Source of the DNA: Serratia phage PCH45
Reading direction: 5' to 3' (one strand)
Length of the DNA: 32,000 nt
Sequence record: NC_091964.1
The notes under the pieces were generated by a model. It was not told the origin of the DNA, did not search any database, and was given only the letters and a program-made list of their open reading frames with translations. The position numbers and the translations under genes are program-made. Below, in pieces: positions 24,170 through 30,324 of this stretch (position 1 is the stretch's first letter; the number at the start of each line of letters is the position of its first letter).

Positions 24170-24853
24170 ATGACAGAACCGAATTCAAACCCTACCGATA
24201 CATTCGAGGTCCCTGGAAGATATCTTAATATCAACTCCATTGAAATCCGTCCCGCTGACATCTGTGCCTTGGTCGAGAAACCGATCAACTTTGTTCAACC
24301 GGCTAGCGACCGTTTCCGCGTAACTGATCTTACGCACCACGACCGTTGGCGTCCCTACCGGCTGAGCATTAATAAGGTGCAGCATCTGGTATTGTTCAAT
24401 AAAACGTTTGCGGCAGATAAGAAGGCAGTTGATTATTACATCACTCTTCTGCAACGCTGCGTTTCACTTGCCATCTCAGATGATGCAAAGTCCCCTGGAC
24501 GTTTGCGTATCGAAACAGATCCCGGACTCATTACCGGTGCTAAGGTTCAGAGTCCTCGTCTGATGGAGTTCTCAACGTTCTGTGATCTGTTGAGCAACGA
24601 ACTTAACTTCGACCGTAATCGCCACCGCGTGATCGTTTCGTTGTTACATTCTTTCGGTGTGAAACTGCAAACTCATGTAGAGAACGCAGTTATCGCTAAA
24701 TTCCCTAAACTGGAGACAACGACTAAATCCCAGTCAAAAAATAATCCAACCGGTAATCATTTGAAGAACACTCCGCCAAAATCTGAAGCTCCCCCGCACC
24801 AGACAGTTATGGCGGCCGCGTTGCAAGAAGCGCAGGACAAACAAAAATCGTAA
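24170..24853 (+). CDS. hypothetical protein, 227 aa
   Basis: ATG with GGAG upstream. The C-terminal third is polar and looks disordered. Terminator 24859-24886 follows. Confidence 0.7.
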   Translation: MTEPNSNPTDTFEVPGRYLNINSIEIRPADICALVEKPINFVQPASDRFRVTDLTHHDRWRPYRLSINKVQHLVLFNKTFAADKKAVDYYITLLQRCVSLAISDDAKSPGRLRIETDPGLITGAKVQSPRLMEFSTFCDLLSNELNFDRNRHRVIVSLLHSFGVKLQTHVENAVIAKFPKLETTTKSQSKNNPTGNHLKNTPPKSEAPPHQTVMAAALQEAQDKQKS

Positions 24854-24858
24854 TGGCG

Positions 24859-24886
24859 TTGGGGGCTTCGTGCCCCCAATTTTTTT
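24859..24886 (+). terminator. intrinsic terminator
   Basis: TTGGGGGC-TTCG-TGCCCCCAA followed by T7. Confidence 0.75.
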
Positions 24887-24912
24887 GCTTGGTCTGAAAA
24901 GGAAAAGAAAAG

Positions 24913-25485
24913 ATGAACGTAGAAGACGAAATCTGTCTGTTTGTTCGCCTTCCGGTGTTCACCATCGGGAAACTGGCGGATATGCCATACCAGCTTATGG
25001 TACAAGGAGATCTGAACACGACGTCCGCTAATGGCCTGCGTGTAACTAACCGCGTGCGAATGACTCAGTCATCTGATGATAACAAAGTCTTCACCACCGC
25101 AACGAAGTTCCGTTTACCGCGTAAGTCAGGTAGCGTAAGTACTCAGGCTCCTCAGGTCGAGTTTGAGATCAACGAAGAGGACTTTAACACGGTAATGGGT
25201 GCGTGTGAATCCCGTTACGTTAAACGTCGGTATAGCGTAAAGATCCCTTCCGGCGTTACGGTTGAGATTGACCGCTATATGGAAAAGAATAACGACTTCT
25301 CTAAGTTTGCTAAAATCGATATTGAGAAAGCAGACGAGGCGATGCTCGATATTTACCTGGCAGAACTCAAAGAGATCGGGCTGCACGTCGGCGCGATTAT
25401 CAACCCACCTGGCGTAGAGAGCCAGGAAATAAAAGAACAGATTGACGAGCTCATGGGCCGTCAGTGGAATTTAGTATCTAATTAA
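24913..25485 (+). CDS. CYTH / triphosphate tunnel metalloenzyme-like protein (tentative), 190 aa
   Basis: The order and spacing of charged motifs resemble CYTH. These are N-terminal EDEICLFV (compare EIERKFLV), LRVTNRVR, TATKFR, QVEFEI, YVKRRY and VTVEIDRY...FAKIDIEK. Read by eye only. Confidence 0.4.
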   Translation: MNVEDEICLFVRLPVFTIGKLADMPYQLMVQGDLNTTSANGLRVTNRVRMTQSSDDNKVFTTATKFRLPRKSGSVSTQAPQVEFEINEEDFNTVMGACESRYVKRRYSVKIPSGVTVEIDRYMEKNNDFSKFAKIDIEKADEAMLDIYLAELKEIGLHVGAIINPPGVESQEIKEQIDELMGRQWNLVSN

Positions 25486-25517
25486 TCTCCTGTTTATAAC
25501 AGTCTAAGGAGCCTTAA

Positions 25518-26054
25518 ATGGCATCTGTCATTTGTGAAGAAGTAGTTTGTCCGTGCTGTAAAGTTGAACGTCCTGTTAAAGAAGTTGTTTGCGTGGACGA
25601 AAAGGCTAACTACTGGCAGTGCAAGATTTGTATCATGCTTGCAAAAGATCCTACCGTACCTGGTAAACCAAAAACAAAAGCTGAGATCGAAGAGTTCAAA
25701 GAAGCCGTCACGGCTCGTAAACTTGGTATGAATCGACCTAAGCCAAAAGTAGAGGTAACCTCTGCGACTTGTCCTGGTTGTCTTAAGACTTTGGATATCG
25801 TGGAATTTAAGGGTGTGGGAGGCAGGGTATTCTCTCACTGCAATTGTTGCAGAGATAATAATATTAAAATAGGTGATGAGCGCGCCAAGCAGCTTCTTGG
25901 TGGCGGACTGTTCTCTGGGGTATCTCTTACACTGGGTCGTTGTATTCAGTGCGGTCATACTGGGCAGATTACTACAGACTTCCCGGTTGACACAAAAGAA
26001 CCTACAGGTTATAAGCGCTACTGTCTCAAGAAGTGCGCCGGTCGCCGGAGATAA
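25518..26054 (+). CDS. triple zinc-ribbon protein, 178 aa
   Basis: Three pairs of Cys knuckles: CPCC..CKIC, CPGC..CNCC and CIQC..CLKKC. AAGGAG SD. Confidence 0.7.
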   Translation: MASVICEEVVCPCCKVERPVKEVVCVDEKANYWQCKICIMLAKDPTVPGKPKTKAEIEEFKEAVTARKLGMNRPKPKVEVTSATCPGCLKTLDIVEFKGVGGRVFSHCNCCRDNNIKIGDERAKQLLGGGLFSGVSLTLGRCIQCGHTGQITTDFPVDTKEPTGYKRYCLKKCAGRRR

Positions 26055-26058
26055 GCCA

Positions 26059-26499
26059 ATGAAAGTTAACGTTGAATTAGTCGATGGTAAAATCGATAAG
26101 ATAGAGTTGATCAAGGACGGTGTAGCTCTCTTCACGGTAACTCGCTGGCAGCAGGAAGGTCTGGGATTAGTAGCTTACAACGGAACAAGCTTAGACCTTT
26201 ACTACATCTATCGTCATGAAGTTGCGAGAGCGCAAGAAAAGCGTTTCCGCTATGGCTTGGACGTGATAGCCAGCCGTTTATTAAAATACCACGGCCTGAC
26301 ATTCAAAGGGCTATTTTGGGGTATACCAGTTTCAACAGAATATCTAAACGACCTATGGTACGGATTAGGTAATACGTTAATAATGTCTAACACAGGTGTT
26401 CTATCGGATTCTCTAAAGGATGCGATGATAAGAACCAAGTGCGCTGACGCATTGACTGACGATCTATTGACCAAGGTTAGGTTGTACGTTAATTATTGA
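26059..26499 (+). CDS. hypothetical protein, 146 aa
   Basis: ATG 26059 lies 8 nt after GGAG and 4 nt after the previous TAA. The track start 25873 is an overlapping upstream extension. Confidence 0.65.
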   Translation: MKVNVELVDGKIDKIELIKDGVALFTVTRWQQEGLGLVAYNGTSLDLYYIYRHEVARAQEKRFRYGLDVIASRLLKYHGLTFKGLFWGIPVSTEYLNDLWYGLGNTLIMSNTGVLSDSLKDAMIRTKCADALTDDLLTKVRLYVNY

Positions 26500-26508
26500 G
26501 GAAACAGC

Positions 26509-26543
26509 AAAAAGAAGGGCCCGAAGGCCCTTCTTTTTTTTTT
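26509..26543. terminator. bidirectional intrinsic terminator between convergent genes
   Basis: AGAAGGGCC-CGAA-GGCCCTTCT with an A-run upstream and T10 downstream. Confidence 0.75.
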
Positions 26544-26546
26544 GTC

Positions 26547-27383
26547 TTAACGTGACTGTCCGGCTATCAAGCCGCGCAAAAAGGTCTGGTGACGCGCACC
26601 ATCGTTCATAGCGTTTACTGCCTGGATAACTTCATCGCGGTAATCGACGTAGTTATCGTTAGCGTCAGCATACCCATCGATGATCTGTTGAATACGACTT
26701 AGCTCTGCCCCACCATAGAGGTAGCCGCTATCGAGATCAATGATAGTGTTAGACCACACCCATGCCTTAGCAGCCATTACAGCGTAGCGACTGAGATGGA
26801 AGATTGCTGCTCCATTCCAGTTACTGAGCTCTTCGTCCTGCCCAACGCGAACGGTAAGCGACCCCTGTTGCACCTTACCCATGTAGTCGTTAATTACAAC
26901 GACGTTCTCACCAATCAACTCCACGTTAGCGGAGCTATTGATAGGAGCAGGAGAAGCAGCACGTAAGATCTGTTGAGCCGCACCCATCATCGGAGAGTTA
27001 CCACAGCTCTGGATGTTATAGGACGATGTCTGCCATCCGTTGTTTAAATCCGCAGCCACTGTATTGAACCAGTAGTTAAATGCAATGACCTGAGAAATAG
27101 GACGACCTTTGGTCAATGACTTAGGGACACGGAGCACCGTTCGATAATCCTGGTTCTCGAGGAACTGAACTTCAGCGTGCCGTAAAGGAACGTTAATAGT
27201 CTCAGCGCCCAAGATAGAAAGATCCACACGGATACGTGCATCAATAACCTTGTTACGGATTTCCCAATCCAGATCACCCGCGTACTTATGGTTACGACCT
27301 TTACGCTTCATGAAAGCGACTTCGAGAACTGGCGGTGGGATAGCCTGCTTAATCTCGAAGATTAATTTATCTATTACCGACAT
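26547..27383 (-). CDS. hypothetical protein, 278 aa (possibly a virion protein)
   Basis: Minus-strand ORF with a GGAGGTAGT SD. Divergent from the tubulin gene and convergent on the bidirectional terminator. Confidence 0.75.
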   Translation of the reverse strand: MSVIDKLIFEIKQAIPPPVLEVAFMKRKGRNHKYAGDLDWEIRNKVIDARIRVDLSILGAETINVPLRHAEVQFLENQDYRTVLRVPKSLTKGRPISQVIAFNYWFNTVAADLNNGWQTSSYNIQSCGNSPMMGAAQQILRAASPAPINSSANVELIGENVVVINDYMGKVQQGSLTVRVGQDEELSNWNGAAIFHLSRYAVMAAKAWVWSNTIIDLDSGYLYGGAELSRIQQIIDGYADANDNYVDYRDEVIQAVNAMNDGARHQTFLRGLIAGQSR

Positions 27384-27404
27384 ACTACCTCCAGTTGCAG
27401 TATC

Positions 27405-27451
27405 TGTGTAACAGTTTATTTTTTAGGTAAATTAACCTTGTTGTGTAACAA
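27405..27451 (+). repeat. direct repeat TGTGTAACA (27405-27413 and 27443-27451) upstream of the tubulin gene
   Basis: Two exact 9-mers 38 nt apart in the 100 nt divergent intergenic region. The second sits in a TTGTGT/ACACAA hairpin. ATCAATT follows at 27465-27471. Confidence 0.35.
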
Positions 27452-27483
27452 ACTCACACAAGAAATCAATTAAAGAGGATATC

Positions 27484-28458
27484 ATGGAACAGACTAACAA
27501 AAAGATCGGCATCTATGGTTGCGGCGGTGGCGGCACTAATCTTCTGGCAATGGTCGAGAAGAAAATCAAAACCGAAAACCTGGCTGGCGTTTATGCCCCG
27601 TACAACGCTGTTTATATCGACAGCTCCGAATCTAACTTCGATGACCTGATCCCAGCCGGTGCCCAGAAGTATCGTATCGCTAACATGGATGGCGCGGGCA
27701 AGATCCGTGACGACATGCTCGAACCGGCTCGCCGCGAAGCGCCGAACATTCTTTTCCAGTACCCGCCTCAGGATGTTAACATTCTGGTCTGTACAGCAGG
27801 CGGCGGTACAGGTGCTATCCTGGCAACCGTGCTGGCTGAGAAAATGTGGGAAGCGGGTAAACGTGTTATCTTCGTTTCTCCGGCATCTATCGAATCCGGT
27901 AAAACAGCGAAAAACTCCCTGGGCCACATCCGTACCCTGAACAACCGTGCAAAAGCCAACGGCCAAACGTCGGTACTGTTCTACGACAACAACGAAGCCG
28001 GTAACAAAAACCGTAACGAAGTTGACCGTGGTATGGTGCTGGGTATCTGCGCCCTGCTCGATCTGTACAGCGGTAAACATCGTGAGATGGATACCAAAGA
28101 CGTTGAGCAATGGCTGAACCTGGGCAAATCCGCGAACCTGGAACCGCAGCTGGTACTTCTCGATATCGACACTAATATCGAAGATGCGAAAGCTCGCCAG
28201 TACCCGATCTCCATCAACGCGATCTACTCCGAAGCTGATGCGACCAAAGGTTCTCCTTCTGCCGACTATCTGTCCGAAGGTTATCGTCGCGATGGCGGCG
28301 GTTCTCTGTTCTTCAGTATCCACACTGACGGCCTGGGCAACATCGCCAACGACCTGCAAGCAGTTGTAACCAGCTACGAGCAGCGCGCTGCTGCCCGCCA
28401 GTCTACTGCTAACAATGCGCTGGGCTCCAGCAACAGCAACGACGGCTGGGAGCTGTAA
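27484..28458 (+). CDS. phuZ: phage tubulin, PhuZ-like (324 aa)
   Basis: Tubulin/FtsZ T1 loop GCGGGGTN (aa 12-19) and the T4 signature GGGTGA (aa 106-111). Size and context fit jumbo-phage PhuZ. The opposite-strand 297 aa ORF is a shadow. Confidence 0.8.
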   Translation: MEQTNKKIGIYGCGGGGTNLLAMVEKKIKTENLAGVYAPYNAVYIDSSESNFDDLIPAGAQKYRIANMDGAGKIRDDMLEPARREAPNILFQYPPQDVNILVCTAGGGTGAILATVLAEKMWEAGKRVIFVSPASIESGKTAKNSLGHIRTLNNRAKANGQTSVLFYDNNEAGNKNRNEVDRGMVLGICALLDLYSGKHREMDTKDVEQWLNLGKSANLEPQLVLLDIDTNIEDAKARQYPISINAIYSEADATKGSPSADYLSEGYRRDGGGSLFFSIHTDGLGNIANDLQAVVTSYEQRAAARQSTANNALGSSNSNDGWEL

Positions 28459-28473
28459 TCCCGAGGAGGAGTC

Positions 28474-28824
28474 ATGTTCTTTACATACGGCTCCTCTACA
28501 AAGGGCCTAAGCCAGGAGCACTTAGCGGTTCTTCGTAGAGCCGCTATTTACGAGATTAACCTCGAGAAATATGCTGGTAAGCGTATAGTAGAAGTTAAGA
28601 TCGATGTTGAAGGCAGGACGATCAAATTGGTCGTCGTTGTTGCTAAGGAGGAGTTATGTTCGTCAAGTGGGAGCGAGGACTCTACGGCATCCGTCCCGTT
28701 ATCGAGTTCAACATTATGCAACCGGATGATCAACTTACTCCGGCGCAACGTGTTATCAAGAAGCTTCATTTTGATTATAATCGTCGAGCTTTTAGCTTTC
28801 CATTGGCGGGAAAGATCACGATAA
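28474..28824 (+). CDS. small protein with an anomalous 3' extension (116 aa as written; about 60 aa look genuine)
   Basis: Strong GAGGAGGAG SD. After residue 61 or so, the frame runs 169 nt out of frame through the next gene and its composition becomes Ser/Leu/Arg junk. Confidence 0.5.
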   Translation: MFFTYGSSTKGLSQEHLAVLRRAAIYEINLEKYAGKRIVEVKIDVEGRTIKLVVVVAKEELCSSSGSEDSTASVPLSSSTLCNRMINLLRRNVLSRSFILIIIVELLAFHWRERSR

Positions 28825-28931
28825 AAGATCTAAGTGAAACTATGGCTGAATACTATAGTCAGCCTCAATGGTCTAACGAATGGAGAGGAGGTCAGGCAAA
28901 TGCCGGTACGTTACCGCTTGCCCAAGGTTAG
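28656..28931 (+). CDS. hypothetical protein, 91 aa
   Basis: ATG preceded by AAGGAGGAG. There is a stop in this frame at 28644-28646, just upstream. Composition is protein-like. Confidence 0.7.
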   Translation: MFVKWERGLYGIRPVIEFNIMQPDDQLTPAQRVIKKLHFDYNRRAFSFPLAGKITIKDLSETMAEYYSQPQWSNEWRGGQANAGTLPLAQG

Positions 28932-29275
28932 CTTTAAGCCTTCCTTAATGGATCGGCTTTTAAAGCGCCGCTTGACGATGTGCAAGTAAAATAATACATC
29001 CTATGTAGAAGACCGCTTGCGCTTCACTTATCATCCACGCTCGCGGTCGTAATTCTACATTAAAAATCTGGCAACTCACAAGCCGCTTTGGTGCGGAATG
29101 AGAAAGGCGATCTTCTGCGAAATTCGCCTGGTAGGGAATCGACACAATGCTGCTATGGCTAAGCGCTGCACGAGCGCCTGAGGACTAGCGGCTGAAAGTT
29201 CGTAGTACTTACTGTAAACTGAGATCTCTCCCTGCCTGATGGCAGGGTAGAGGTCACACCTTTATTTTTTTTTTG
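28932..29275 (+). ncRNA. candidate structured non-coding RNA or long structured 3' UTR (about 340 nt)
   Basis: No ORF of 60 aa or more on the plus strand. Stems are dense: 28931-28966, 29003-29060 (14 bp in two segments), 29083-29096 and 29105-29129. Stem 29149-29155/29186-29192 encloses 29162-29177. The stretch ends at hairpin 29227-29251 plus a T-tract. Confidence 0.4.
29227..29274 (+). terminator. terminator closing the tubulin unit and the candidate RNA
   Basis: CTCTCCCTGCC-TGAT-GGCAGGGTAGAG stem-loop. A long T-tract (TTTATTTTTTTTTT) lies 9 nt downstream. Confidence 0.55.
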
Positions 29276-29291
29276 TTTAAGCAATTTACGG

Positions 29292-29331
29292 GTATATATT
29301 ATCATTGTGTAATATAAGCTCTGTAATCAAT
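29292..29331 (+). promoter_or_regulatory. AT-rich promoter-like element, copy 5 (GTATATATTATCATTGTGT ... TCAAT)
   Basis: Lies 18 nt after the terminator T-tract at 29261-29274. Precedes the small-gene array that starts at 29403. Confidence 0.5.
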
Positions 29332-29402
29332 TTCTAAGAACTTTTCTTATTAAATGATGAAACGGTATCAGTTGATGTAAAAAACTCGGGAGGAATCGAT
29401 CT

Positions 29403-29870
29403 ATGGATTCTGAGAAGGTAGAGCTGCAAGCTTTTGTATTCGGGATGAGTTCGGTGCTTAAACTCCACCATCGCAAAGGGAAGTTACCAGCATCTCTTCC
29501 TAATATAGTTGCAGCTGCTATTAGTGCCTACTGGGAGAATGGTTCTTACGAAGGATTCTGTAAGATAATGTCGGAAAGGATTATCACCGTAGCAATAAAG
29601 GAAACAAGGATGTTGGCCGAGATCCCAGATCGGCTTTATAGTGAGAAGGATCACGCAGCATTCCTGGAAGCATTATACCAGGAAGTGTATAGCTTCTTTG
29701 AACTTTGCTTCATGGAAGACTATCGGTATCTCGCTCGCTCGTTTTATACAGGTGATTCGATCATGGTAGTGTTCGCACGTAAACCATGCACGGTGACTTA
29801 TATTGAGACGGGTCCATTCACCGGCGTCTATAAGGTCAGCATGGCCAAAATAAAAGAAGATGAGAAATGA
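29403..29870 (+). CDS. hypothetical protein, 155 aa
   Basis: ATG with GGGAGGAA SD. First gene after promoter copy 29292-29331. Confidence 0.7.
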   Translation: MDSEKVELQAFVFGMSSVLKLHHRKGKLPASLPNIVAAAISAYWENGSYEGFCKIMSERIITVAIKETRMLAEIPDRLYSEKDHAAFLEALYQEVYSFFELCFMEDYRYLARSFYTGDSIMVVFARKPCTVTYIETGPFTGVYKVSMAKIKEDEK

Positions 29871-30324
29871 CAAGTTAACGGTAATAATAGATATCAAAAG
29901 ACTCTTTCGCATCTGCGATGAGTTCTTCCCTTTTCTTAGTCAGGATGATTACAATGAAGTCATTCGATATAAGTTAAGCAAGGAGAACTGTTACGATGTC
30001 GAGGGATTCAGTCATCAGCATGTAGGTTCCTTCACTCACATGCTACTCAATCAAATACAAAATGCAGGTGGTTTCTTTATACGACTACCTCCAGGAGTAA
30101 TTAGCATTGGGGAGATCACGACGAATAAGACGACTGCTCGAATCGTCTGCTCCGGAAAGGGAGGAGTGTTTAATTCTGACGGAACCGTCCGCTCTGCGGA
30201 TTCTCCGTTACGACTTGGTGTTCACCGACAAGCTGAAAGACAGCGAGATAGAAGACTTGATTTTATCTTGGGTGACCGCTTACCAGGCACTTCGAACGCC
30301 GTTCGAGTCATTCTGGGAATTTAA
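29860..30324 (+). CDS. hypothetical protein; only the N-terminal 84 or so codons look coding
   Basis: ATG overlaps the previous gene end. After about nt 30110 the frame looks non-coding, while the +1 frame looks coding. Confidence 0.45.
   Translation: MRNDKLTVIIDIKRLFRICDEFFPFLSQDDYNEVIRYKLSKENCYDVEGFSHQHVGSFTHMLLNQIQNAGGFFIRLPPGVISIGEITTNKTTARIVCSGKGGVFNSDGTVRSADSPLRLGVHRQAERQRDRRLDFILGDRLPGTSNAVRVILGI

Noticed and set aside
25494-26135. 213 aa minus-strand ORF (and likewise 20210-20824, 204 aa) antisense to plus-strand genes
   Set aside because: Both lie antisense to SD-led plus-strand genes with recognisable features, such as the zinc-ribbon Cys pattern. Neither has an SD, and both have implausible composition.
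27381-27387. A third CATACTA (TAGTATG on the minus strand), considered as another late promoter
   Set aside because: The ATG within it is the start codon of gene 26547-27383, preceded by its SD (GGAGGTAGTATG). The match is a coincidence of the SD-start context.
27466-28359. 297 aa minus-strand ORF covering the tubulin gene
   Set aside because: The plus-strand frame carries the tubulin T1 and T4 motifs and an SD. The minus-strand product is Val/Arg/Thr-rich junk and has no SD.
28960-29145. 61 aa minus-strand ORF inside the candidate ncRNA region
   Set aside because: It has no SD and runs against the direction of every neighbouring gene and of the flanking terminator. It is short and its composition is unremarkable. 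I treat the region as non-coding.
28932-29275. Group I intron, tmRNA, RNase P, SRP, 6S or retron msr/msd identity for the structured region
   Set aside because: I could not find the conserved cores by eye. There is no P7-type GACTA/TAGTC pairing, no tag-peptide reading frame, no GGAAAGTCCGG-type P4 and no SRP GGAA loop context. No exon frame continues across the region, and the window contains no reverse transcriptase. The identity stays open.
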